This document shows positions 29,401 to 37,571 of a DNA stretch of 64,000 nucleotides, piece after piece. Source of the stretch: Escherichia phage IME267; sequence record NC_070983.1; one strand, given 5' to 3'. Position 1 is the stretch's first letter; each line of letters begins with the position of its first letter. The translations under genes and the position numbers were made by a program. Under the pieces are notes generated by a model that saw nothing but the letters and a program-made list of their open reading frames with translations, was not told the origin of the DNA and did not search any database.

Positions 29401-30914
29401 GGGATGGGTTTATTAATACCTATAACCGAGAAGTTAACATGTTCAACAAGGCTAACAAGAATTCTCAATACGAAGCAGCAGCTAAACACTTGCAAGCACG
29501 TCAAGAACGTCTTGAGACGCTCCGTAACAGAGCTAAAGCTCGCAGTGATGCTAAGGCAGCCATGGAGGCTGAGAAGCAGTCCTTGGAGGCTATAGCGGCT
29601 CAGAAATCAGAGATAGAGAAGATGTTCAAAGAATTGCCTGAAAGTGTCAGAGAGGCTCAGGAAGGGCGTACTTTGAAACAGCTTGCTGCTCACCATGATA
29701 AGAACTCTCCAGTACCACCAGAGCGTTTCCGTAGTATCATTGAACGTATTCACAACGCTGAGAGTGATTACCTCGATCGCAAACGTCGTTTGACCGAAGC
29801 AGAGGAAGATGCTCGTGAAGCTAAGTGGAATAGGATGTATGAACAGGCTGAGGAAATGAACCGTAAGTTTGATATCGATGCTAGAGTGAAGAGAGATAAG
29901 GCTCTGAAGGAAGCTCAAGAACGAGAAAATGACTTAATGGCAGTTCAACGTCAGCGTGACGACATTCATAAGCGTTTGGTCAATACTCTGGAAGAGAAGG
30001 GAGTTTCTAGAGAAGATGCTGAAGCATATGCTGGGTCTTACATGGATAATCGGTATGCTTTGTTAGAGAAACCAATGACTCCAGTGGAACATCAGAATGC
30101 TCGTGCTCGTATCGAATCTGACGTAGAGAAGTTTGTTAAGAAATACGAAACAGCTACTCCAATCGAAAGAGAGATTGCTAAAGCAACTGGTGATGCAGAT
30201 GGGAAACCTTCTGACTTAGATGCAGAAACATTAAAAGCTATCGAAGATGCTCGTAAAGTTGATTCCGATTTTAAGAAACTCTTAGATGAAGAGAAGGAAA
30301 TGGAGAAGATTCGTTCAGCTCTACCTGAAGATGAAAGATCTCAGGCGAACTCTGATATTCTGGAAAGTATTAAGAAACAGGAAGATGATTTTGCTAGCAA
30401 AGCAGAGAAAGCTTTTATTGAAGGGAAGGACTTGCAGGAGTTAGCGAGTGTTGCAGAAGTTCTAGATAGGGTTCATGGTGCAGACAAGGCTGGTAACAAC
30501 CGTCGATTTGTACGTGCTCTACAGACTGCTGCCGAGAACAAGAAACGTTATGGGGATAATCCAGTGGCTTGGTTTAGTGCTGATGATTACTCTGCTATTG
30601 CGAAACTTGGTGCTGCTTCGGCAGGTGGTAACAAATCTCGAGCACTTGAGAAAATCTTTGGTTCTACAGCAGAACAAGCTAAAGGGAAACTTTTAGGGCG
30701 GGATGATGTAGCTAAGATTAGACGTGTGATTGAAGCGAATCCCAATGTTAAGATTCCTTCTTACAAGACAACTACTCGACAAGAGTACATGCAGTTCTTG
30801 GAGAAGTATAATGACGAGGGAGAGTTGAAAGTCAAACGTGGTTCTCTGTCTGACAAGTTGGAGAGAGGTAAGCGTCAAGCTAAACTCCGTGTTAGAGTTC
30901 GAGCTAAGGAGTAA
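26469..30914 (+). CDS. Very large virion protein (internal or ejection protein, or tape-measure-like)
   Basis: 1481 aa, Gly/Ala-rich N-terminus then extended charged coiled-coil regions; last gene of the + block. Confidence 0.55.
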   Translation: MANLKSWEEASKAPAYLNASPEQQAQMREQYKAAGGTIPETQPQEQPQQEERGAIGEFAQGVSNALQSGGANIAASAARGIGGLVEIGENLTGSETSYGKRIQENSKQLLEERLSKIEDGFGKTAGQYAGVAADIGLTVANPAVAAAVIAARETGRAYADQTPKEDEDKSVLDAALVGGANYAAQKILPGMTGTASTTLGRVGQSVASNAVAGAKGGAIVGAAEAQNKYGDDTTLANILEGAIEEGALGAAYGGAIGGVHGLISRPSPQVFDRTPEHVKTDIAAEDEAIRKAANADELREAYAKAENANAASALNLLDENGFRITDAVAMDSPAVQRILNTDQSRAEKAATVQKDSSNVPGLNPLASPKKTQGKAFADNEYNQKQAVAMKDAMADYTKDNTKALTDVLDNLDRELVALRASGDFTGSAIDIKNRTQADRDFIDAYKTFYSEANRFKARDGEDLNNFIDKATQLQKLSENVSPEMKKAIGGLKKLKGMPEGFNPIQDAFTLNNTAKFMSNQDRGWTSLTDDGFREAPAPVLVKNPLGAAKYVLNRFTSDRARAQREKQQSANSEAIRSLARADLEVQRARTQAEEARAKMEEEPTTEDIKFRTQNDAPSEPVREEPSATTVTEEIPSSPAPTETPLTARDLVAQRRALQQAELRRQEAEAAQAQESATPEPEPQQEALTARELVAQRRAVAEAKKRQEAEEAERAKEAPEEAVEEPKEKPEPLPARAPKAPEKAPEPVKPSLGVERLASMSTAARQATKDRADRFARSLYSAAAKAKATAENFLSYKGDPKELMRRIRQEDQANNTQRHEEMARNQLASQQGIASAKSQHVRASFAGWVKERGLPSDIATKALRAEEKGLGGNVTSLDSLKRRAERLYQKQRDDEFDRLYREALEENKAFDKRDAPKLVDQKKELQDEIGALLDAEPLRPAQKDAMRRIMEDFVESKFKSSERAGRVEALEVGQMKDVWDGFINTYNREVNMFNKANKNSQYEAAAKHLQARQERLETLRNRAKARSDAKAAMEAEKQSLEAIAAQKSEIEKMFKELPESVREAQEGRTLKQLAAHHDKNSPVPPERFRSIIERIHNAESDYLDRKRRLTEAEEDAREAKWNRMYEQAEEMNRKFDIDARVKRDKALKEAQERENDLMAVQRQRDDIHKRLVNTLEEKGVSREDAEAYAGSYMDNRYALLEKPMTPVEHQNARARIESDVEKFVKKYETATPIEREIAKATGDADGKPSDLDAETLKAIEDARKVDSDFKKLLDEEKEMEKIRSALPEDERSQANSDILESIKKQEDDFASKAEKAFIEGKDLQELASVAEVLDRVHGADKAGNNRRFVRALQTAAENKKRYGDNPVAWFSADDYSAIAKLGAASAGGNKSRALEKIFGSTAEQAKGKLLGRDDVAKIRRVIEANPNVKIPSYKTTTRQEYMQFLEKYNDEGELKVKRGSLSDKLERGKRQAKLRVRVRAKE

Positions 30915-30920
30915 ACAAGA

Positions 30921-30960
30921 AAAGCCCCCAACCTGTAAAAAGGAAGGGGGCTTCTTTATT
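30921..30960. terminator. Putative bidirectional terminator at the convergence point
   Basis: gccccc...gggggc stem flanked by T-rich runs on both strands, between the 30914 and 31032 gene ends. Confidence 0.45.
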
Positions 30961-31031
30961 TCTAGATGTTAGAATCCATCAAATTCATCATACATCCCAA
31001 TTTTCTTCTTCAAAGTCAACCATAAAACCTC

Positions 31032-31331
31032 CTAGATTAAATCGTAATACTTAATAATATCAGAGAGCTTAAACTCTCTAATGTCATTCTTGTCATTATC
31101 CCAAGCAGTCATTATCCAACAAGGTTTGCCCCCATTATGATAAGGGGAAGAAGCAACTGAGGTTCGTATAGGAATAACGGAGCGGTCTGCAATCTCGCCT
31201 CTCCAATTACGATAGCTAAAGCGAAGAATTTGTTTCGTAGATACTTGATCATTTGTGCTTTCCTTGTTCATTGATTCAAAGACTTCTTTTTCTTCAGGAG
31301 TCTCTAGATTTTTTAAATTCACGTCTTGCAT
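31032..31331 (-). CDS. Hypothetical protein
   Basis: ATG 31331 with AAGAGGA upstream; track start 31454 would overlap the HNH gene by 160 nt. Confidence 0.4.
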   Translation of the reverse strand: MQDVNLKNLETPEEKEVFESMNKESTNDQVSTKQILRFSYRNWRGEIADRSVIPIRTSVASSPYHNGGKPCWIMTAWDNDKNDIREFKLSDIIKYYDLI

Positions 31332-31698
31332 CGTTTTCCTCTTTAGTTTTAATCTTATGGCACGGTTCTTTACATAAGACCTGAAAGCCATCTTTCTCAA
31401 CCAAAGCTCTCTCAATAATCTCATCCCAAGTAGCTTCATGGTCCACTGGAACAATAGGCTCGATGTGGTCGACAGCCACCTCTTTCAGAGGAGAGTCATT
31501 ACCGCACATGGCACACTTGTAGTGCATTGCCAGCTTGCCAGTCTTAGGATTGATTTTACGTTCTGTCTGAGCTTCTTTGAGAGCATCAAACATAGGCTTC
31601 CACTTTCTAGTCAGAGAACGAATCCCTGACTTAATGAAGGAGTTGTAACGTGCTTCAGTCCACTGATTTGAACATCTTGTCTTCTCAGCCTTCGCCAT
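31294..31698 (-). CDS. HNH endonuclease
   Basis: CAMCGNDSPLKEVAVDHIEP ... LCKEPCHKIK has HNH-type Cys/His spacing. Confidence 0.6.
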   Translation of the reverse strand: MAKAEKTRCSNQWTEARYNSFIKSGIRSLTRKWKPMFDALKEAQTERKINPKTGKLAMHYKCAMCGNDSPLKEVAVDHIEPIVPVDHEATWDEIIERALVEKDGFQVLCKEPCHKIKTKEENDARREFKKSRDS

Positions 31699-31876
31699 AA
31701 CCTACATCCATATCAGCGTCTTCCCAAATGCGTTTATTGACTCGGTGTGATTCTTTATCAGCACGAGGGATACGACCTGTGCGACGATCAAATGCTTGGT
31801 GCTTAATCTTTTGATCTTTACGAGATTCACGAGTAGAGAAGTTTTCATCATACGAACGATAGTCAAATTTACCCAT
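31685..31876 (-). CDS. Small hypothetical basic protein
   Basis: 63 aa ORF tiling between neighbours; no motif recognised. Confidence 0.3.
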   Translation of the reverse strand: MGKFDYRSYDENFSTRESRKDQKIKHQAFDRRTGRIPRADKESHRVNKRIWEDADMDVGYGEG

Positions 31877-31886
31877 TATAATATCC

Positions 31887-32708
31887 TTATTCCCAAGTTT
31901 TATCTAACCATGACCAATCAAAGAGGTCACCTTCAGCTTGTCCAACGAAGAGCAATCGAGCGTTTTCTAACATCTTATCTTCTGCTTCTTCCTCGAACCT
32001 CTTATAGTATTCCATTCGTATAATATGATAAAGAGTCCACTTATCGAATACCTTCTCAATAAGTTTGATTGCAGCCTTGCTACCAATGCCTTTACGGCGC
32101 ATAACCAAGTTGCCACCCCACATCATTTCAACCTTCTCACCACAACCGGGAATATTATCTGTATTATCCCCAATCAACATTTGGTAGAAGAAATTCTGCC
32201 ATGCTACTTCTTCTGATACATAATGAGGAGGTACTTCTTTCTGTCTTTCTCCACAAGCCCAACGATAATGCCATCCGGGAGTGATTAACAAATCTTTATC
32301 ACGAGTACAGATAATCGTATTCTTATCTCGTCTCTGTCTTTCAGCTAGGGCATCATCTGCCTCTCTCCCAAAGACTTCTATATACTCGTAATTTTCTTTA
32401 ATATAATCACTAACGTTCTGCCAGTGGTGGGGTCTTTCTCCCGGTGGGCGATTAGCTTTGTAGCCTTGCTGTTTAGCAATGTTAAATCGAAAGTTACCAC
32501 CTTCACTGAAGTAAAAGATTGTTTTCTCACAACCTGACCTTGCAATGATTACATCAATTTTGTGTTGAAGTCGTTCAATCAAGAATCCATAATCAACTGG
32601 AACACGACCTGTGTCTAGAAAAGGATGCTCTTGTGTAAGAGCACCGACTTCATATCGCAGAACATCTGCATCCACAATTGCTACTTCAGGATAGATTACA
32701 TCAGACAT
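31887..32708 (-). CDS. 5'-3' exonuclease (flap endonuclease family)
   Basis: AIVDADVLRY, GYKANR, EADD, TRDKDL, IGDNTDNIPG motifs; ATG 32708 just after the kinase stop (track start 32735 is TTG). Confidence 0.75.
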   Translation of the reverse strand: MSDVIYPEVAIVDADVLRYEVGALTQEHPFLDTGRVPVDYGFLIERLQHKIDVIIARSGCEKTIFYFSEGGNFRFNIAKQQGYKANRPPGERPHHWQNVSDYIKENYEYIEVFGREADDALAERQRRDKNTIICTRDKDLLITPGWHYRWACGERQKEVPPHYVSEEVAWQNFFYQMLIGDNTDNIPGCGEKVEMMWGGNLVMRRKGIGSKAAIKLIEKVFDKWTLYHIIRMEYYKRFEEEAEDKMLENARLLFVGQAEGDLFDWSWLDKTWE

Positions 32709-33297
32709 AGAGTTCTCTCCGTGTCCGTACAACAATCCAGTTTAAATAATCTACTGCATCTTCTACAGTAGAATTATTCGCTAGGTAGTATGTATTTCTC
32801 TGACTACCTTCAATGTAGGAACGAGAATCTCCTTTAAAATCACAACCTTCACGAATCACCTGAATTACCTGAACATGGAAATGTTTCTCTAGTTCTTCAA
32901 CTTCGGCTTTGAACCCACCATCAGAGAAGACGATAACATCATTCTGTGATGGGATACGTTGTTGAATACTGCTAACAGCAAGTTTACCCATGCAGGTCTC
33001 ACCAAACATAGGCTTCAGGTAATTCTCGCTAGTTGCAATCATCAAGTCTCGAACTGACTTACCGTCCCATTCAGGACGGCTATGCTCTTTCCACTCACGA
33101 TCGTTGTACAGCTCCATGAACTCATAAAGAGGTAGACCTAATGCAGCAGCAGCCACTCGATACATAGGCTCCTTAAAAGCCTTTACATGAGGCCTAAACT
33201 CGGTGTTACCAAGTGTTTTCTCTAACCAAGAATTAGCGATTGTATCTTTACCACAACCCGGTGGTCCATTCAGAATTACTACTAATGGTTTACTCAT
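32701..33297 (-). CDS. Deoxynucleoside monophosphate kinase-like P-loop kinase
   Basis: P-loop VVILNGPPGCGKDT resembles the T4 dNMP kinase N-terminus. Confidence 0.65.
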   Translation of the reverse strand: MSKPLVVILNGPPGCGKDTIANSWLEKTLGNTEFRPHVKAFKEPMYRVAAAALGLPLYEFMELYNDREWKEHSRPEWDGKSVRDLMIATSENYLKPMFGETCMGKLAVSSIQQRIPSQNDVIVFSDGGFKAEVEELEKHFHVQVIQVIREGCDFKGDSRSYIEGSQRNTYYLANNSTVEDAVDYLNWIVVRTRRELYV

Positions 33298-33947
33298 TAT
33301 TGAATCATCCCTTGAAGATCTTCTTTATCAAAGTGCTTCTCTACTACCGCTTCATACAGATCACGATTCTCTGAATAACGACGATAGAAGGTTCCGTGTG
33401 AAATTCCCAACTCTTGCTGGATGTGATCATGTGGGATGCCGAGAAAGAGCATTGAGAACATGCTTGCCATCTTACGGTTTTCCATAATGTCACTCAGGTC
33501 TTGGAAGAAGAAAAAGATTCTAGATTCCAAGAACGGGTCTCCAGTAGAATCATGCTTATCCATCGCAATCTCTAAAGGACTTTCCCATGAATTCATCTCA
33601 GGAGGTCTAAACATATCAGCCTCTGGAATAGAGTAGATACGTCGGTCTCCAACTGTCTGGCGATTAGAACGAATCGACCAGATGATATTCTTGACACGAT
33701 AAGTCATGTGCTCAATATCTTTTTCATCAGTGAGCAGAAGTTCTTCTTGCTTTGCAAACACAAAACGCCAAGCGTTCAGTAATACTTCCTGAGCAACATC
33801 CTCTGCCTCGTGATAGTCTTTAATGTCATACATAAAATACTTATGCACAACTTTCCAGTTCTCTCGATAAAATTCATCGAAGGTTGGATAATATTTAATA
33901 GGAATGCCATGAATACGATAGCGTGTGGGTGTTGTCTTCTTCTTCAT
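33297..33947 (-). CDS. Putative sigma-70 family (ECF-like) sigma factor
   Basis: [15 protein letters not shown] resembles sigma region 2; C-terminal segment resembles region 4 helix-turn-helix. Confidence 0.4.
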   Translation of the reverse strand: MKKKTTPTRYRIHGIPIKYYPTFDEFYRENWKVVHKYFMYDIKDYHEAEDVAQEVLLNAWRFVFAKQEELLLTDEKDIEHMTYRVKNIIWSIRSNRQTVGDRRIYSIPEADMFRPPEMNSWESPLEIAMDKHDSTGDPFLESRIFFFFQDLSDIMENRKMASMFSMLFLGIPHDHIQQELGISHGTFYRRYSENRDLYEAVVEKHFDKEDLQGMIQ

Positions 33948-33971
33948 AAGTCGTCCTTAACTTACTTTATG

Positions 33972-34196
33972 TTAGGCTACACAGAATAGATACATTGCTG
34001 TGTCAGGACAAGGAATGGCTGTCTGAATACCACTTACCTTAATCCACATATCTTCTTCAGAGTCATAATAGGCCCAATAGGATTGGTCTCCATCTACAAA
34101 GAACTTAAAGGTTCGTCCCCAAACTTGATTGTTGTATTCCCATACTGCATGAAGTTGGGTAACGCCTTCTGGTATTGTAAGTTCTGCTCTTATCAT
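33972..34196 (-). CDS. Hypothetical protein
   Basis: 74 aa ORF, Trp/Tyr-rich; no motif recognised. Confidence 0.35.
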   Translation of the reverse strand: MIRAELTIPEGVTQLHAVWEYNNQVWGRTFKFFVDGDQSYWAYYDSEEDMWIKVSGIQTAIPCPDTAMYLFCVA

Positions 34197-34453
34197 TGTA
34201 TCCCTCTCTCTTTGAGAGCTTTAAGTAAACCATTGTGATTAGCAGCACAGGTTGTATAATTATCCTGATACCACTCAAGTGTTGTTGCAAGTGCTACTCC
34301 CTGTCCACTCTGAAGTAAAGGGAGGTCTATATCACACTCAGTTTTTAGGTTTGTTGGTAAGGGCACTAACTGCCTGCTGTTGTCTCTCGTTGAACAAGCT
34401 GACATACTCATCGCTAGCACACACATTGTAAAAAACTGGCTTAGTCTTTTCAT
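34193..34453 (-). CDS. Small lipoprotein, o-spanin candidate
   Basis: Signal peptide with lipobox-like MSAC; start lies inside the preceding gene in another frame. Confidence 0.35.
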   Translation of the reverse strand: MKRLSQFFTMCVLAMSMSACSTRDNSRQLVPLPTNLKTECDIDLPLLQSGQGVALATTLEWYQDNYTTCAANHNGLLKALKERGIQ

Positions 34454-34685
34454 AATGCATCTCTTTGTAAATAGTTTCTGTGTTCTTCTTCCAGTTTGAT
34501 AAACTAGTTAGAACTTTCTGAGCCACTTCATCAGCAGCCTTAGCTCTCTCAATCTCGATCTCTTGTTGTTTCTTCTCTTGGTCAAGAGTGTTACTATCAT
34601 TTCTATATTGCTCAAACTTCATGCCACCAAAGAAAATAATAGCTGTGAAAATAAGAAAGCCTATATTGTTTTGAAGCTTTTCCAT
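34338..34685 (-). CDS. N-terminally anchored membrane protein with helical domain, i-spanin candidate
   Basis: ATG 34685 with GGAG upstream (track GTG 34709 lies in a terminator hairpin); one N-terminal hydrophobic segment then charged helical region. Confidence 0.35.
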   Translation of the reverse strand: MEKLQNNIGFLIFTAIIFFGGMKFEQYRNDSNTLDQEKKQQEIEIERAKAADEVAQKVLTSLSNWKKNTETIYKEMHYEKTKPVFYNVCASDEYVSLFNERQQQAVSALTNKPKN

Positions 34686-34696
34686 TTTAACTCCAA

Positions 34697-34723
34697 CGAA
34701 AAAAGCCACCCGAAGGTGGCTAA
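34697..34723 (-). terminator. Rho-independent terminator
   Basis: agccacc-cgaa-ggtggct hairpin followed on the - strand by a T-run. Confidence 0.55.
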
Positions 34724-34744
34724 GCTATTACAAGGAGAGATTCA

Positions 34745-35485
34745 TTAGAAAGGGCTGTCATCTTCTTCAAAGGTAGACTGCGGCTCTTCGTTAATAGTAG
34801 GGATACTTGGAGTAGCATCTTTCTGTTCCGTATCAGAAGCTTTAGTAACTTCACGACCAGCCAGAGGGATATTCTTAGCATCGTTAGCTTGAGTCAAGAG
34901 GTTGCGTTGGAATGGAAAGATTGCTTGATAAGCAGCTAAGTTAGCGTCAGTCTCAGCATACGGTTCGAAGAAGATCAACTCACTACGAGGAGCACCTACC
35001 GCGTCACGATATTTAGTCGGGATTGGAGTGATGCTTTTAATGGAGTTTTTCTTCTCACCAGCTTTATTGGTGTAAGAGTTAACCAGAATGTTAACAGGCT
35101 GACCTAACAGCATATCTTTAAACCAACCCAAATCACCTTTCAGTGCTTGAACACTTGGGTCGATCATTTTAATCAGATTTAGAATACCAGAGTTCTTAGC
35201 TCGTGGGTTTACATCGAAAGATTTAAACTGGCAAGCAGGACGAGGGTCCAGAGGTTTGCCTTCATTATCAGTCCCTGTTGCATCTACGCCAATCAGCTCA
35301 AAAGCTAAGTCCATACGGAAAGCTGGGTTCTTAGGGGTAACTGCTTTGGTCTTAGGGTCAATCCAAGGGTCACGATTGTGAACACCCAAACCTACAACAC
35401 GAACAATACGTGCTTCGTACTCACCATCAGGGATTACATCGTAGTTGGATTTACGGGATACAGACAGTTCAGGGATCATAGACAT
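34745..35485 (-). CDS. ssb: Single-stranded DNA-binding protein (T7 gp2.5-like candidate)
   Basis: Acidic C-terminal tail ending FEEDDSPF; AAGGAA RBS; sits in the replication block. Confidence 0.55.
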   Translation of the reverse strand: MSMIPELSVSRKSNYDVIPDGEYEARIVRVVGLGVHNRDPWIDPKTKAVTPKNPAFRMDLAFELIGVDATGTDNEGKPLDPRPACQFKSFDVNPRAKNSGILNLIKMIDPSVQALKGDLGWFKDMLLGQPVNILVNSYTNKAGEKKNSIKSITPIPTKYRDAVGAPRSELIFFEPYAETDANLAAYQAIFPFQRNLLTQANDAKNIPLAGREVTKASDTEQKDATPSIPTINEEPQSTFEEDDSPF

Positions 35486-35900
35486 ATTAATATTTCCTTA
35501 TATAGATTTAAGATTGTTGCTCTCTTTGAGCGGTTTGTATACTATATACATTACACTTATACAGATAAGGTTCTATTATACTATAACCTTTTTGGTAGTA
35601 GATAATGACAAGTAGTAATGTATATATGGTATAGCTAGTAAAGCTATTGCAGGCTTGTATATTGGGCAATCATTGTAACCCTTGCAAGTACCGAAGGGCA
35701 GGAGACACCTGCGAGATAAAAATAGAGAATTAAGGAAATCCTTGATTTAGGTTGTAGGGACTCCTAGGGACTTTGATTCTCTATTTAAAAGAATATTAAT
35801 TACTTACTACCTAAATAATTAACTAACTTACTTAAACCAAATTCAATAATAATAGATAAAAAGATTATTCCTAAGAAAGCTAAGAAGTAAAGAACATAAG
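35486..35900. promoter_or_regulatory. 415-bp AT-rich non-coding region with short direct repeats (promoter and/or origin candidate)
   Basis: No ORF on either strand; repeats TATACTATA x2, TAGGGACT x2, TTACTTA x2, GTAGTA x2; TAATGTATAT at 35616. Confidence 0.3.
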
Positions 35901-36152
35901 TTACCACTCCATCATTCCTTTTAATCTAGATTCTTCTACTATTCGCTGATAAAGTAAGTTAGATTCAGCTTGATCTTTTAACATCTTACTGTATTGATCT
36001 CTGAGACTATCTTTATAAACAACAGGTGGTTTAAATAGTGATGATACTTTGTTCTTTTCTTCTTTCATCAAAAATCTTCCTAATCTCTTGCAGAGATACA
36101 GCTTTAAAGTTGATTTGTTCCATCGAAGTACAGAAGTATCTCCAATCACCAA
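35901..36152 (-). CDS. Hypothetical protein (start uncertain)
   Basis: ORF overlaps the phosphoesterase gene end; real start probably an internal Met. Confidence 0.25.
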   Translation of the reverse strand: MVIGDTSVLRWNKSTLKLYLCKRLGRFLMKEEKNKVSSLFKPPVVYKDSLRDQYSKMLKDQAESNLLYQRIVEESRLKGMMEW

Positions 36153-36660
36153 TCACATGATTATGAGTATGAGCATAGATGTTGAACTTCCCTCTCATTT
36201 CATCAGAGTGAATAGGAATATGAGTTACCCAAAACTCTTTGTACTTATAATCACCACTGATGTGTCTAAAGACTTTCATCATATCAGGGAGAAGTTCTAA
36301 TCTATCATGGTTCCCTAAGACAAGATGTTTCTCTCCCTTTACTTCAGCGATAATATCAAGTGCATACTTCTCAAACACCCAGTCACCTGTAAAGAAAGTT
36401 TTATCACGTTTAGTAACATGGTCAAACGCTGCTAAGATAGCTTTGTCGTGTTCTTCAATACTACTAAACCTCTTCCTAAAGCTACAGATGTTACGATGGC
36501 CTAGGTGACCATCACCTGCAAAATAAACTTCAGCCATTCTCGTATGTGTCCTCATAATATGAATAGTTGAAGGATTCAGCTTTCGTTTCAGCCTCCTCCA
36601 TATCATCTGTTTCCAGAATAACTTTCCAGCCAAAACCTTCAGGATACTCAGCTCCTTCAT
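36031..36660 (-). CDS. Metallophosphoesterase (calcineurin-like)
   Basis: GDGHLGH, GDWVFE and GNHD metal-binding motifs. Confidence 0.7.
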   Translation of the reverse strand: MKELSILKVLAGKLFWKQMIWRRLKRKLNPSTIHIMRTHTRMAEVYFAGDGHLGHRNICSFRKRFSSIEEHDKAILAAFDHVTKRDKTFFTGDWVFEKYALDIIAEVKGEKHLVLGNHDRLELLPDMMKVFRHISGDYKYKEFWVTHIPIHSDEMRGKFNIYAHTHNHVIGDWRYFCTSMEQINFKAVSLQEIRKIFDERRKEQSIITI

Positions 36661-36680
36661 CTAGCCAGACTTTATATCGT

Positions 36681-37166
36681 TTAGATTGAAGAGACATGCT
36701 CTTGCTCCTTCTCTTGTCTACACTTGGCAGCCTCTTCTAAAGTGTCAAAGGTTCCTAAGTATAAGGTCTTCCCTTGAATAAATATATTTGCAATGTATCG
36801 GCCTTTGCTTAAGTAGACACCCTTAACTCCAGACCTGTTATTTGAGTTGAGTCCTTTGTTCCAAGAGTTTACTTCATTGGTCACAAGACGAAGGTTAGAA
36901 AGTCTATCATCCAGTGGGTTTCGGTTGATGTGATCAATCTGAGTTTCCGGAAAAGTTCCGTGCTTTAAACACCAGATAACTTGATATCTTCTAAAAGTAA
37001 AACCTTGACAGCAGAGTTTCCATCTTCCGAGGGAGTCGATACACCCTGCTTCATCTCCTGCCCTGATTTTAGTCCCTCTTCGAACTTTCCAGTATACTTG
37101 ACCTGTTTCAAAATTGGCTTCAAAGAAGTCATGTATGATTTTAGATTTTACATCCTTCGCAATCAT
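36681..37166 (-). CDS. HNH endonuclease with AP2-type DNA-binding domain
   Basis: IDHINRNPLDDRLSNLRLVTN plus SGVKGVY...LGTFDTLEEAA; ATG 37166 with GGAGGT upstream (track start 37211). Confidence 0.75.
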   Translation of the reverse strand: MIAKDVKSKIIHDFFEANFETGQVYWKVRRGTKIRAGDEAGCIDSLGRWKLCCQGFTFRRYQVIWCLKHGTFPETQIDHINRNPLDDRLSNLRLVTNEVNSWNKGLNSNNRSGVKGVYLSKGRYIANIFIQGKTLYLGTFDTLEEAAKCRQEKEQEHVSSI

Positions 37167-37347
37167 CAAGACCTCCAAGTAAAGACAAGGACAGTAAGCG
37201 AGACTGTTCATCCGATACTAACGTATCAACCTCTTCTTTCAGAGCCATAAGCTCAACAAAAGTTAACAGTTCATGTCGGTCAGCAATCACTTGGTATTTG
37301 TAGTCATTGATATGTGGTGCGCTTTGTACAATGTAAATATTAGACAT
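37141..37347 (-). CDS. Small hypothetical protein
   Basis: ATG with AGGGAG RBS; 68 aa. Confidence 0.4.
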   Translation of the reverse strand: MSNIYIVQSAPHINDYKYQVIADRHELLTFVELMALKEEVDTLVSDEQSRLLSLSLLGGLDDCEGCKI

Positions 37348-37571
37348 TATAAAATCTCCCTTTGTTTAGCATTAATGACTGACATTGCTGTGATTGGGTT
37401 GTTTGTTCCGAGATACTCCAGAACAGGTGGACTACTTGCTGGTTTACCAGCCTCTATATAATTCTTAACCTTACCACCAAGAACTGCCAGAGAAGCCTGA
37501 GCTTCTGCCTCATCAGTATGAACTCGGTCAACTACTTTCTTTCCAATCTTATAAGTATGAACCCAAATCAT
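37347..37571 (-). CDS. Small hypothetical protein
   Basis: ATG with GAGGAAG RBS; stop overlaps next start. Confidence 0.45.
   Translation of the reverse strand: MIWVHTYKIGKKVVDRVHTDEAEAQASLAVLGGKVKNYIEAGKPASSPPVLEYLGTNNPITAMSVINAKQREIL

Noticed and set aside
26469-30914. Calling the 1481-residue protein a tape measure protein (siphovirus-type)
   Set aside because: No major tail tube, sheath or tail-assembly chaperone genes accompany it, and it follows an SLT and internal-protein block, which fits a podovirus-type internal or ejection protein better; left as an open call.
34686-34709. GTG start at 34709 for the membrane protein, and likewise GTG 42211 for paralog B
   Set aside because: Both GTG codons lie inside terminator hairpins; internal ATGs (34685, 42175) with their own RBSs are more plausible.
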